From contig CANGOT010000001.1 in NCBI GenBank assembly GCA_947455425.1, positions 1-37,132 of the forward strand: a DNA stretch of 37,132 nt, in the 5' to 3' direction. Below, in pieces: positions 16,477 to 26,001 of the stretch (positions are counted from its first letter, which is position 1; each line of letters opens with the position of its first letter). A program made the position numbers and the translations under genes. The DNA comes from Chitinophagaceae bacterium. GTDB lineage: Bacteria > Bacteroidota > Bacteroidia > Chitinophagales > Chitinophagaceae. Under the pieces are notes generated by a model. That model did not search any database, was not told the origin of the DNA, and saw only the letters and a program-made list of their open reading frames with translations.

Positions 16477-17670
16477 TTACTTACTCAGGTGCATACTTCT
16501 CTCTTTGTATAGATTTCTAAAGTAAGGGTCTCTAAGGTCTTTTATGAAGCGAATGGCTTCTCCGGTACTTTTCATTTCTGGTCCTAGTTCCTTATTTACA
16601 CCTGGGAATTTATTAAAACTGAATACAGGCTCTTTTATAGCATAGCCTTCTAGTTTCTTCTCTATGGTAAAGTCTGTTAGTTTATTAACCCCTAACATTA
16701 CTTTTGTTGCAATATTTAAATAAGGAATCCCGTATGCTTTTGCAATAAATGGTGTTGTTCTGCTAGCTCTTGGATTTGCTTCAATTACAAATACTTTACC
16801 CCCCTTGATAGCAAATTGTATATTAATTAGCCCTTTTATATTTAAAGCTCTTGCTATCTTTTCGCTATAATATTCCATTGTTTCAACAATCAACGGAGTG
16901 AGATTAAATGCAGGCAAAACTGCATTACTATCACCACTATGAATACCTGCTGGCTCAATGTGCTCCATTACACCCATTACATGGAAGTTTTCTCCATCAA
17001 AAATAGCATCAACTTCTGCCTCTTGGCAACGATCTAAGAAATGGTCAATCAATATTTTATTTTCTGGAATATGTTTTAAAATGCTTACTACTGCAGATTC
17101 TACTTCATCATCATTTATAACGATACGCATTCTTTGTCCACCTAAAACATAACTTGGGCGAACCAATACTGGATAACCAACACTGTTTGCAACTTCAATA
17201 GCTTCTTCCGCGGTATATGCTGTACCATAATTAGGATATGGGATATCCAATTCTTTCAACAAATCACTAAAACGGCCCCTATCTTCAGCAATATCCATAT
17301 TGTCAAAGGATGTTCCTATGATTTTAATTCCTTTTTGATGTAATCTGCGAGAAAGTTTTAAGGCTGTTTGTCCACCTAATTGAACAATTACACCTTCAGG
17401 CCTTTCAAGTTCTATAATTTCCCAGAGATGTTCCCAGAAAACTGGTTCAAAATATAGCTTATCTGCAATATCGAAATCTGTGCTAACTGTTTCGGGATTA
17501 CAATTAACCATGATTGCTTCGTAACCAGATTCTTTTATAGCTAATAATCCATGAACACAACAATAATCAAATTCAATCCCTTGCCCAATACGATTGGGAC
17601 CACTACCGAGTACAATAATTTTTTTCTTACTTGACGATATTGATTCGTTGCTAGAGAGTGCTTTGCCCAT
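16477..17670 (-). CDS. Stand-alone half-size CarB-like ATP-grasp protein (homologous to the second synthetase half of the carbamoyl-phosphate synthase large subunit)
   Basis: GSGPNRIGQGIEFDYCCVH, NCNPETVSTDFD, RPSYVLGG, HIEPAGIHSGDS, EANPRASRT and GPEMKSTGE align by eye to E. coli CarB residues ~553-930. The N-terminal half and the MGS-like domain are absent. Confidence 0.8.
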   Translation of the reverse strand: MGKALSSNESISSSKKKIIVLGSGPNRIGQGIEFDYCCVHGLLAIKESGYEAIMVNCNPETVSTDFDIADKLYFEPVFWEHLWEIIELERPEGVIVQLGGQTALKLSRRLHQKGIKIIGTSFDNMDIAEDRGRFSDLLKELDIPYPNYGTAYTAEEAIEVANSVGYPVLVRPSYVLGGQRMRIVINDDEVESAVVSILKHIPENKILIDHFLDRCQEAEVDAIFDGENFHVMGVMEHIEPAGIHSGDSNAVLPAFNLTPLIVETMEYYSEKIARALNIKGLINIQFAIKGGKVFVIEANPRASRTTPFIAKAYGIPYLNIATKVMLGVNKLTDFTIEKKLEGYAIKEPVFSFNKFPGVNKELGPEMKSTGEAIRFIKDLRDPYFRNLYKERSMHLSK

Positions 17671-17717
17671 AATTTAGAGGTTGGGCAAAAATAGGGTTCA
17701 AATGAAGATCCTTATAA

Positions 17718-18476
17718 TTAATTTTGAATTTCTGCCTTTATTTGATTTCCAGTTTTTCCAAAACGTCTTTCTCTATTTTGAAAATCAATGATTGCTTCAT
17801 ATAAGTTCTGCTTTCTAAATTCGGGCCAGCGAGTCTGCGTAAAATAAAGCTCTGAATAAGCTAATTGATATAATAAAAAGTTGCTAATTCTATACTCGCC
17901 ACTGGTTCTAATAACCAATTCCGGATCTGGAATATTTTTAGTGCATAGATACTGTTGAAAGGTATTTTGATCGATTTCTTCGGGATTTAATTTTCCAGTT
18001 GAAACATCTTTTGCCACTTGTTTAATAGCATTTAAAATTTCCCAGCGACTACTATAACTAAGTGCCATTACCAAGTTTAATCCTGAATTTTTAGAGGTAA
18101 GTTCTAATGCTTCTTGTAATTCGCCACAAGCAAACTCGGGCAACATGTTCATATCACCAATAACGTGTAACCTAATATTATTTTTGTTAAGAGTTGGTAC
18201 TTCTTTACGAATAGTTTCAACCAATAATGTCATTAAACCATCTACTTCATTTTTAGGGCGATCCCAATTTTCTGTACTAAAGGCATAAAGTGTTAAATAA
18301 CCTATTCCTAATTCCGCACAGCCTTCTACAATATTTCTCACACTTTCCACTCCATGATAATGTCCAAACAGCCTGTCTTCTCCCTGTTCTTCTGCCCAAC
18401 GACCATTACCATCCATAATAATGGCAATATGAGTTGGTAGCCTTTGTTTGTTTATGTTCAGAAGTAAATCTTGCAT
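17718..18476 (-). CDS. uppS: Isoprenyl transferase (undecaprenyl-diphosphate synthase)
   Basis: HIAIIMDGNGRWA, TLYAFSTENW and RTSGEYRISNFLLYQLAYSELYF are canonical UppS motifs. Confidence 0.95.
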   Translation of the reverse strand: MQDLLLNINKQRLPTHIAIIMDGNGRWAEEQGEDRLFGHYHGVESVRNIVEGCAELGIGYLTLYAFSTENWDRPKNEVDGLMTLLVETIRKEVPTLNKNNIRLHVIGDMNMLPEFACGELQEALELTSKNSGLNLVMALSYSSRWEILNAIKQVAKDVSTGKLNPEEIDQNTFQQYLCTKNIPDPELVIRTSGEYRISNFLLYQLAYSELYFTQTRWPEFRKQNLYEAIIDFQNRERRFGKTGNQIKAEIQN

Positions 18477-18539
18477 ACTTTAAAACTCAGTTAGATTTTA
18501 GCAAAAGTAGTGTTTTGAAATCTTGTTTTTCTTTGAACT

Positions 18540-18722
18540 CTATTTAAAAAATATTAAATAAAAGATCGAAGTGCCAACAAAAATATAAATTAATATCAGA
18601 AGAGAATCTTTTTTAATGTTTGTCTTGTTTTTTATATACAAACCTTGATATAATATCCAACCAATAAAAGCTACAGGAACAAGTATATATCGCAAAAGGA
18701 ATACACTAAAAAGTAGATACAT
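18540..18722 (-). CDS. Small two-helix membrane protein (60 aa)
   Basis: Two hydrophobic helices. Lies 16 nt downstream of the TPR gene on the same strand. Confidence 0.35.
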   Translation of the reverse strand: MYLLFSVFLLRYILVPVAFIGWILYQGLYIKNKTNIKKDSLLILIYIFVGTSIFYLIFFK

Positions 18723-18738
18723 TATTATTCTGATAAAA

Positions 18739-19389
18739 TTATCCAGGCATTCTAGAAATATACTTTTCTACTTCTTTTATTTGATCAACTGTTTGCTTAG
18801 ATGTTGGTTTACAAGCTTTTGCTTTTCTGAAATAATCCTTAGCTGCTCTAAATTCGCGTTTATTCATAAATATCTGGCACATACTTAGGTAAGCAATTGC
18901 CTCACTTTCTTTGTCAGAAATTCCCAATCTGATGGCCGCACGAATATAGCTTTCTCCTTGTTTAAAGTCTCCTTTTTGTAAACTCATCATTCCAAGCTGC
19001 AACTTATTAGCACCCTCTGCTTCAGGCATTGGCGAGCCAATTGAACTACTCATTTTTAGGTGTTTTTCAGCCCCTTCAAAATCCTGCTTCATCATAGCCA
19101 AATTTCCCTTTAATGTATAATAAGTAGATCGAACTGGTTTAAATAATAAGTTTGGAAACTTAATCGTAGCTAAAATTCTTTCTACCTCTTCAATATTTCC
19201 CTGCTCCATTGGTTCTTGAACCAATCGCAATGGCCCTATAAAAAAATGACTGAACAAGGCAATAGCTCCTATAAAATATAAAATGAAAGAAGGCCAAAAT
19301 CCAGCTTTTATTGTAACCAAGATAGCTAATGCTATCGATAATATACCCAACCAAAATCTGTAACGAATCAACGTATTATAAAACTTCAT
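18739..19389 (-). CDS. Membrane-anchored TPR-like protein (216 aa)
   Basis: Two N-terminal transmembrane helices, then TPR-like helical repeats (AIAYLSMCQIFMNKREFRAAKDYFRKA). Confidence 0.6.
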   Translation of the reverse strand: MKFYNTLIRYRFWLGILSIALAILVTIKAGFWPSFILYFIGAIALFSHFFIGPLRLVQEPMEQGNIEEVERILATIKFPNLLFKPVRSTYYTLKGNLAMMKQDFEGAEKHLKMSSSIGSPMPEAEGANKLQLGMMSLQKGDFKQGESYIRAAIRLGISDKESEAIAYLSMCQIFMNKREFRAAKDYFRKAKACKPTSKQTVDQIKEVEKYISRMPG

Positions 19390-19492
19390 TTTTAAAATTT
19401 AGGAAGCAAAAATAGGCTTTGAGTAATGAAGATAATGAGAATATTTTGTTGCAATTTCCTATGCCACCTAACTTCGTAATAATTATCACACA

Positions 19493-20677
19493 ATGAAAAA
19501 AATAATTTGCTCTATAATAGTTATACATTTTGTTTTAATAGGATTCTCGCAATCTTTACAAACTTACTTTCTTACAAAAAGTGTTGGCAAACTTCCTTCA
19601 TTACTATATGGCCTGGGAGAAGATAGACTTGGTGGTGCCAAAATGGGTTACATAGACACAAACATTCTTTTTAAGGTAGTTGACACCTCTCATTCGCTCT
19701 GGAAAGTACAACTATCAAAATATCGCAGTGCATTTATAGATAAAGTATACCTACGAAAAGATAGCATATTGAAAGAAAAACCCTACAACCTAACTTCTAA
19801 TTTTAATGTTCTGGGAACAGATAGCTCTTATGATATTGCTACAATAAATCTTGATGAGAAATTGCCATATCGTGCCTGGATGCAAACCGAGCCTGCTGCC
19901 ATACAATTGGAAATATTTGGCGTTCAAAGTAATACCAACTGGATTACCCAATTACCATCAACACTAAAAGAAATAAAAAATGTTTATTATCGGCAAAGTG
20001 AAGATGATGTTATGCTTGTTACAATAGAATTAAAACATCAGGCTCATTGGGGCTATTCTATTAACTACGCTAATAATCAACTAGTAGTTAAAATAAAAAG
20101 ACAGCCTCAAAAACTAGACATCAGAAACATTAAAGTTGCAATTGATGCTGGACATGGTGGGAGTAATTTGGGTGCAGAAGGAAAAACAACTCATATTTTA
20201 GAAAAGAACTACACTTTACTATTCGCTAAACAATTACATAAATTACTGAAATCCAAAGGAGTTAAAACTGTTTTTATGACAAGAGAAACAGATACTACTT
20301 TAGAAATGAAGGATAGGATTCTGTCTTTACAAAAACAAAACCCAGATGTACTGATTAGCATTCACTTAAACTCTAATTCAGATAAAGAAGTGAAAGGCTG
20401 CGGTACTTTTTACCGACATATTGGCTTTAGGCCTGTCAGTCAAGCCATTTTAAGTCGTATGCAAGAAATTGGCCTGGAGGAATATGGAAATGTTGGCAGT
20501 TTCAATTTCGGGTTAAGTGGTCCAACAGATTTTGTGAATTGTTTACTTGAAGTTGGATTTTTAAGCAACATACATGATGAGAAGAAACTAGCAAACCCCA
20601 AATTTCATACACAAACGGCTTCCCAAATTTATAAAGGGCTGGTAGATTGGTTAAAACAAGTACAATTACAGAAATAA
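19493..20677 (+). CDS. N-acetylmuramoyl-L-alanine amidase (Amidase_3 type)
   Basis: Signal peptide. VAIDAGHGGSNLGAEG and LISIHLNS are typical of the AmiA/B/C catalytic domain. Confidence 0.8.
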   Translation: MKKIICSIIVIHFVLIGFSQSLQTYFLTKSVGKLPSLLYGLGEDRLGGAKMGYIDTNILFKVVDTSHSLWKVQLSKYRSAFIDKVYLRKDSILKEKPYNLTSNFNVLGTDSSYDIATINLDEKLPYRAWMQTEPAAIQLEIFGVQSNTNWITQLPSTLKEIKNVYYRQSEDDVMLVTIELKHQAHWGYSINYANNQLVVKIKRQPQKLDIRNIKVAIDAGHGGSNLGAEGKTTHILEKNYTLLFAKQLHKLLKSKGVKTVFMTRETDTTLEMKDRILSLQKQNPDVLISIHLNSNSDKEVKGCGTFYRHIGFRPVSQAILSRMQEIGLEEYGNVGSFNFGLSGPTDFVNCLLEVGFLSNIHDEKKLANPKFHTQTASQIYKGLVDWLKQVQLQK

Positions 20678-20685
20678 AAAAAATT

Positions 20686-20707
20686 GGGTTCGATAGAAAT
20701 CGAACCC
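20686..20707 (-). terminator. Hairpin GGGTTCGAT-agaa-ATCGAACCC with the T-tract on the minus strand
   Basis: 9-bp stem. The A8 run on the plus strand upstream equals a T8 run after the hairpin on the minus strand. Confidence 0.5.
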
Positions 20708-20992
20708 TCAACCAAAACTAACTGCTTATGAGAAAAATAAATATGTAGAATATTTATTTACGTACACTAATTGTCAAAAGCCTTGCCAAACTATTAAAAT
20801 AAAATGTTAAATTTTTTTCGAATCTACTCTTCACCGGCAAATCATTTTTGTAACAACATCTCAAGTATATAGACGAGTACATTATATTTTTTGTTGCGTC
20901 AAACGCTAATATTTAAATGCTATTCTACGACGCATAGTAATGTGCTTGGTTTAAATACGAATTCTAAATGATTTATAAAATCTATTGCTCCC

Positions 20993-21397
20993 TTATTCAA
21001 GAAATCTAGCTTTAATTTCAGCAGATGGTATCATACAAGTTTGTTGTTTACCAAACCATCTATACCTATTTTTTGCAATCATATCATAAACAAAATCTCT
21101 TATAAACCTTGGAATGATAATAAATGCATAAAGCAGGGTCCAAACACCTCCAATATCCTTCATTAAATTCAAGGCCGCCGTGGATTTTAGCAGTATCCCA
21201 TCTTTTTTAACATAAATAAAAGAATCAAACCGACTATTTGATAATTGATGTTCTAGAAGTATTTTCTGTCCAAATGATGATTGTAAAGAAGCAAATTTTA
21301 TCAAGGCATTTTTATCTTGCCTGATAACAAATTTCACGGTACTGTTGCATAAGTTGCAAACACCATCGAAGAGTAATATATTATTGCTTTCCTGCAA
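20993..21397 (-). CDS. DCC1-like thiol-disulfide oxidoreductase (DUF393 family)
   Basis: N-terminal LLFDGVCNLCNSTVKFVIRQD (CxxC) is the family signature. Confidence 0.75.
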   Translation of the reverse strand: MQESNNILLFDGVCNLCNSTVKFVIRQDKNALIKFASLQSSFGQKILLEHQLSNSRFDSFIYVKKDGILLKSTAALNLMKDIGGVWTLLYAFIIIPRFIRDFVYDMIAKNRYRWFGKQQTCMIPSAEIKARFLE

Positions 21398-21501
21398 TTT
21401 ATTATTTAAAGTACAAAGGTAAAATTTGTTGAATCATTTATTCTTTTATTTCTCATATCGCAAGTATAAAAACTTTAACCCTGTAAAACTTAAACCTTAA
21501 A

Positions 21502-21509
21502 TATATTTG
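21502..21509 (+). promoter_or_regulatory. Bacteroidota -7 box TATATTTG
   Basis: Matches TAnnTTTG, 6 nt upstream of the ABC-F ATG. Confidence 0.35.
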
Positions 21510-21514
21510 CTGTT

Positions 21515-23395
21515 ATGCATTATGTTTCAGTAGAAAAATTGACTAAATCTTATGGCATTACGCCATTGTTTTCAAATATTACATTTCATATTTCTCAGGG
21601 CGATAAAATTGCATTGATTGCAAGAAATGGAACAGGAAAATCAACACTTCTAAAAATTCTTTCAGGACAAGAAACTGCCGATGAAGGCAAAGTTTGGATT
21701 AATAAAGAAGTAACTGTGGCTCTATTTGAACAAGATCCTAAACTGGAAGAAACAAAAAATATTTTAGACAATATTCTTCATGCCCATCATCCATCTGTTA
21801 AAGCAATAAAAAGCTACGAATTAGCCATTGAAGAGAATAATACTGAAAGCCTACAAGACGCTATTGTGTTAATGGATGAGATGCAGGCCTGGGACTTTGA
21901 AGCCAAGGTAAAACAAATTCTTGGCAAACTAAATATTCATCACCTGCAACAAAACGTAAACACACTGAGCGGAGGACAACGAAAAAGAGTTGCACTTGCA
22001 AGAACGCTTATAGATATTGGGTTTGAGCAAAATCATACATTATTAATTATGGATGAGCCAACCAATCACTTAGATGTGGAGATGATTGAGTGGCTCGAGA
22101 ACTATCTGCTTTCAGAAAATGTAACATTACTAATGGTTACCCATGATAGATATTTTTTAGATGCGGTATGTAATGAAATCTGGGAATTAGAACGTGAAGA
22201 TTTGTATGTATATAAAGGCGATTATGATAATTACCTAGAAAAGAAAGCCGCCAGAATAGAAAACGAACAAGCCAATATAGATAAATCGAAAAGTGAGTTC
22301 AGAAAAGAATTAGAATGGATGCGTAAACAACCTAAGGCAAGAACTACAAAATCTAAAAGCAGACAAGACAATTTTTATGATATAAAAGAAAAAGCATCTA
22401 AAAAAATTGAAGACAATCAGGTGCAACTGCAAATTAAAATGAGCAGGATTGGCGGCAAGGTGATTGAACTAAAAAAAGTATATAAAAGCTATGGCGAAAA
22501 AGAAATTCTTAAAGGATTTGATTACACTTTTAATAAAGGCGAACGTTTAGGTATCATCGGAAAAAATGGTGTTGGTAAATCAACATTTCTAAATATTATC
22601 CAGGAATTAGAAAAGCCCGATAATGGTAAAATCAATATTGGCGACACCATTGTTTTTGGTAATTTCTCTCAACAGGGTCTCGAAATAAAAGAGAATGTAA
22701 GGGTTATAGAATATGTTAAGAATATCGCAGAAAATTTTCCTTTGGCAAAAGGTGGAAGCATCAGTGCTGCCCAATTTTTAGAGTTGTTTTTATTTACTCC
22801 CGAAAAACAATACACTTATCTACAAAGTTTGAGTGGGGGCGAAAAGAAACGTTTACAATTATTAGCAATCCTTTTCAAAAACCCGAACTTTTTAGTTTTA
22901 GATGAACCCACGAACGACCTCGATTTACCTACCTTAGCGGTACTTGAAAACTTTTTACAAGACTATCCCGGTTGTGTTGTCATTGTAAGTCACGATAGGT
23001 ATTTTATGGATAAATTAGTAGATCATTTATTAGTATTTGAAGGAAACGCTACTATTAGAGATTATCCTGGAAATTACAGTCAGTATAGAATCTGGCAAGA
23101 TGAAGAGGCTGCCAAAACAAAACAAGTTGCCGCAGCAAAAGTTCTAGAAGCTAAAAATATTGAACAGCAAAAGGCAAATAAGAAAATTTCTTTTAAAGAC
23201 AAACACGAATTTGAACAACTTGAAAAAGAAATGCCAAAACTGGAAGCAGAAAAAAAAGAAATTGAGTATAAATTAACAATGGAGCAATTAAACTTCGAGG
23301 ATATTAATAAGCTAAGCTTACGCATTGGAGAGATATCTCAACTACTTGAAGAAAAAGAAATGCGTTGGTTAGAGTTAAGTGAAATATTAAGCTAA
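21515..23395 (+). CDS. ABC-F family ATPase (two ABC domains plus a C-terminal coiled coil)
   Basis: Two Walker A sites (ARNGTGKST, GKNGVGKST) and two signatures (LSGGQRKR, LSGGEKKR). No transmembrane domain. Charged C-terminal tail. Confidence 0.9.
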   Translation: MHYVSVEKLTKSYGITPLFSNITFHISQGDKIALIARNGTGKSTLLKILSGQETADEGKVWINKEVTVALFEQDPKLEETKNILDNILHAHHPSVKAIKSYELAIEENNTESLQDAIVLMDEMQAWDFEAKVKQILGKLNIHHLQQNVNTLSGGQRKRVALARTLIDIGFEQNHTLLIMDEPTNHLDVEMIEWLENYLLSENVTLLMVTHDRYFLDAVCNEIWELEREDLYVYKGDYDNYLEKKAARIENEQANIDKSKSEFRKELEWMRKQPKARTTKSKSRQDNFYDIKEKASKKIEDNQVQLQIKMSRIGGKVIELKKVYKSYGEKEILKGFDYTFNKGERLGIIGKNGVGKSTFLNIIQELEKPDNGKINIGDTIVFGNFSQQGLEIKENVRVIEYVKNIAENFPLAKGGSISAAQFLELFLFTPEKQYTYLQSLSGGEKKRLQLLAILFKNPNFLVLDEPTNDLDLPTLAVLENFLQDYPGCVVIVSHDRYFMDKLVDHLLVFEGNATIRDYPGNYSQYRIWQDEEAAKTKQVAAAKVLEAKNIEQQKANKKISFKDKHEFEQLEKEMPKLEAEKKEIEYKLTMEQLNFEDINKLSLRIGEISQLLEEKEMRWLELSEILS

Positions 23396-23483
23396 CAAAA
23401 TAAAACAACCTATACAATAAAACATTATTCTGTTCGTTGTTAAAAGATTATAGCATTGTTACTAAACGTGCAATCTATCCCAA

Positions 23484-24716
23484 ATGAAATCAAGCAAATT
23501 ATTATTCATTATATTATCTTCTTATCTTTTGTTTGGTTGTACCAAATATGTAGAAAAAAGCAGCACCAACAATACGGGGGGCACCGGAGGAACTAATGGT
23601 GGCTCTAATAATACAGGTTCTAGTGGAACAAGTGAAACCGGCCCCATTGTAATTTCATATACCAGCACCAGTCCTTGTGCTCCTAGCACCGAAAAATTTA
23701 CTTTTACCTGCACTGGTTCCGGCGTTCCAAGTGGAGCAACTTTTGAGTGGTATTTTGGCGATGGTAATTCGGGTTCGGGGGCAACAACTACCAACACCTA
23801 TTTCGATGGGGGCTATAAAACAGTTCTGGTAAAAGTAAAAAAAGACGGACAAGATGTGGGACAACAAACCCTGGCTGTTAGAGCTTTTGGGCAGGACGTT
23901 ACGCCTATCGCTTCTTTTTCTTACACACCAGCTACCCAGGTTGGAACACAGGCTACATACGATTTTCAAAGCAATAGTTATGTTTCTAAAGGCTCACCAG
24001 CTTATAAATGGGATTTTGGAGATGGTGGTACAGCCAGCGACATAAAAGTGTCTCACACATTTCAGCAAAAAACAACAGAACAAAATTTTACGGTAAAGCT
24101 GACTGTTACCAGCGATGCAGGCTGCAGTGATACAAAATCAATTACTATTACTGTACCGCCAGCATATAATATTACTGGAGGTTTCACAGCTACATCAACC
24201 AGCCCTTGTGCTCCAAGTAGTGAAGTATTCACCTTTACAGGCCCCACAACAAATGTTCCAACTGGTGCAATTTATACATGGGATTTTGCCGATGGTAGTG
24301 GTACAGCTCTTGGAAATCCAATAACAAAAGCCTATGCTTACCACAATACTTACAACGTTATTCTCAATATAATTTATAATGGTAAATCTATTTATACTGT
24401 TGCTCAGCCAATCCATCCTTTTGGTATAGATGCAACACCTATTGCTTCTTTTTCGGCACAAAACACCAGCTCTACTGCTACAACTGCCACATATTTCTTC
24501 AACAACTCATCGCAGGCAAATGGCGGTTTTTCTAATGTGCAATGGGATTGGGATTTTGGAGATGGAAAAACATTAAGCACTTCTAACTATACGGCTACAA
24601 AAATTTATGATAGAGACCCTGTAGCAGATAAAACCTATACAGTAACTATGAAGGTTACTGCCAACTCTGGCTGTTCTGCAACAAAAACAACAACTGTTAT
24701 TATACCTAAACAATAA
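23484..24716 (+). CDS. PKD-repeat lipoprotein (410 aa)
   Basis: Lipobox LLFGC. Four W-x-FGDG units (FEWYFGDG, YKWDFGDG, YTWDFADG, WDWDFGDG), each ending in a ...GCS.TK.. strand. Confidence 0.8.
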   Translation: MKSSKLLFIILSSYLLFGCTKYVEKSSTNNTGGTGGTNGGSNNTGSSGTSETGPIVISYTSTSPCAPSTEKFTFTCTGSGVPSGATFEWYFGDGNSGSGATTTNTYFDGGYKTVLVKVKKDGQDVGQQTLAVRAFGQDVTPIASFSYTPATQVGTQATYDFQSNSYVSKGSPAYKWDFGDGGTASDIKVSHTFQQKTTEQNFTVKLTVTSDAGCSDTKSITITVPPAYNITGGFTATSTSPCAPSSEVFTFTGPTTNVPTGAIYTWDFADGSGTALGNPITKAYAYHNTYNVILNIIYNGKSIYTVAQPIHPFGIDATPIASFSAQNTSSTATTATYFFNNSSQANGGFSNVQWDWDFGDGKTLSTSNYTATKIYDRDPVADKTYTVTMKVTANSGCSATKTTTVIIPKQ

Positions 24717-24719
24717 ACT

Positions 24720-24992
24720 ATGGATTTTGCAACATTTATATGGGCAGATTATATAGGTTTATTTGGTGCATTTTTAAGTGCAATTACTTTTATACCACAA
24801 GTAATACAAGCTTACAAAACCAGAAGTGTGAAAGACCTTAGTTGGGGAATGTTGCTCATTGTTTTCTTTAGTGTAATAGTATGGCTAGTGTATGGCTTTG
24901 CAAAAGGATTACCCCCAGTAATTTTTGCGAATAGTGTAATTCTTGTCCTTAGTACTATTTTATTGTATTTCAAAGCTACTTTTAAGAACTAG
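24720..24992 (+). CDS. SemiSWEET / PQ-loop family transporter (90 aa, 3 transmembrane helices)
   Basis: The IPQVIQAYKTRS PQ motif, three helices, and the size. Confidence 0.7.
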   Translation: MDFATFIWADYIGLFGAFLSAITFIPQVIQAYKTRSVKDLSWGMLLIVFFSVIVWLVYGFAKGLPPVIFANSVILVLSTILLYFKATFKN

Positions 24993-25032
24993 CTACCTTA
25001 CTTGCTGACTTTTTAACAAACTAATTACTCTT

Positions 25033-25130
25033 TTAGGGCTTAGGGTCAACCCCGAGACTTAGGGGGTCAATCCCGAGACTTAGGGGATCAATCCCTAGGC
25101 TTAGGGGGTCAATCCCGAGGCTTAGGGTAT
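25033..25130. repeat. About 4.5 tandem copies of a 21-bp G/C-rich unit CTTAGGGGGTCAATCCCGAGA
   Basis: Units at 25039-25057, 25058-25078, 25079-25099 and 25100-25120, with a partial unit at 25121-25127. Lies in a convergent intergenic region. Confidence 0.9.
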
Positions 25131-25239
25131 GACTACCGTGTATTGTTATCAATAGATTAGGCTTGTGAAGTTGAGGATTTGTTTTGTTTGGTAGAGCAAA
25201 ACTTACCAATTGCTAAAATTTTACTACGTTTATATGTAA

Positions 25240-25875
25240 CTATTTAGCTTCGTCAAATTTCATTTTTAACAACTCAATAGCATAAGCAATCAAATCACTT
25301 TTTTGTTGTAAATTATTTAATGAAACTTCTTTTTGCTTAAAAGATTTTGATGGTTCATCGTAGTAGCAAATAATTAAATCCTCAGAATTGCTGTTTCTCC
25401 TACTGGTGGTTTTAATATAGGTATCAACAAGATTGTCCCACGTTATATACAAATTCAACTTTCTAACCTCTAGTCCTTTTTTGTCTATAGTTATTGTTGG
25501 TTTTCTGTCGAGGTTCATTCGTAAAAATTGAACAAATGCTATTAAACAAAATATCAAGGGTAAAGCAAAAAAGGGGGCAACCGATTGAATAATGAATTTC
25601 TTTTCTTTAAATAAGTTAATTAATTCATAACTAAACCAACCAATAAAAGGAATAAACCACAAAAAAGAGTACTTTGTATAATATGTTTTAAACTCTTCGA
25701 ATTGTTCTGTTATGTATGGAGGTGTGTTGGCAATATCTAAAGTAGATTGATAGGTTGTTGTTTTAAGAAAAGTCCAGAAGTTTTTGGGTGGGCATAACTT
25801 TTCTTTTAATATCTCTTTCTCTTGTTGAAACAATATTTTAAAATTATTATTCATTATTGTATAAGAAATCCACAT
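25240..25875 (-). CDS. Hypothetical membrane protein (two transmembrane helices plus a C-terminal soluble domain)
   Basis: Clean ORF. The probable start is MNNNF at 25854. No named domain. Confidence 0.5.
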   Translation of the reverse strand: MWISYTIMNNNFKILFQQEKEILKEKLCPPKNFWTFLKTTTYQSTLDIANTPPYITEQFEEFKTYYTKYSFLWFIPFIGWFSYELINLFKEKKFIIQSVAPFFALPLIFCLIAFVQFLRMNLDRKPTITIDKKGLEVRKLNLYITWDNLVDTYIKTTSRRNSNSEDLIICYYDEPSKSFKQKEVSLNNLQQKSDLIAYAIELLKMKFDEAK

Positions 25876-25915
25876 CCTGAAAATCTAAAACTTTCGGGAT
25901 GTGGAAACTTGAACC

Positions 25916-25953
25916 CTAACTCGCATCCTCTCTTTCCTTCAACTCTTTTATTT
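25916..25953 (-). repeat. Orphan duplicate of the cphA 3' end (encodes IKELKEREDAS-stop)
   Basis: 35/38 identical to 26559-26596. All three differences are C/T transitions, synonymous in the cphA frame. A 12-bp-stem hairpin follows on the minus strand at 25871-25903. Confidence 0.85.
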
Positions 25954-26001
25954 ATAATGGGTTTGTTATAATGTATACTATTTTTTGAAACCAATCCTTT
26001 C

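Noticed and set aside
18656-18667. TCCAACCAATAA, a 12-nt match to the inverted repeat copy at 2070-2081
   Set aside because: It is an isolated match inside a small membrane ORF with no partner repeat, and is probably chance in AT-rich sequence.
20686-20707. GGGTTCGAT...ATCGAACCC resembles a tRNA T-arm
   Set aside because: The stem is 9 bp with a 4-nt loop, and there are no acceptor, D or anticodon arms. It fits a terminator hairpin.
23522-24461. Multiple antisense or alternative-frame ORFs inside the PKD gene, and similar ones inside rpoB, cphA, GH97, ABC-F, carB-like and rsgA
   Set aside because: These are shadow ORFs within confidently identified genes, with low-complexity or implausible sequences.
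25033-25130. TTAGGG units suggesting a telomere-like repeat, or a canonical G-quadruplex
   Set aside because: TTAGGG recurs only once per 21-bp unit, and the G-runs are 16-18 nt apart, too far for a canonical G4. I kept it only as a tandem-repeat observation.
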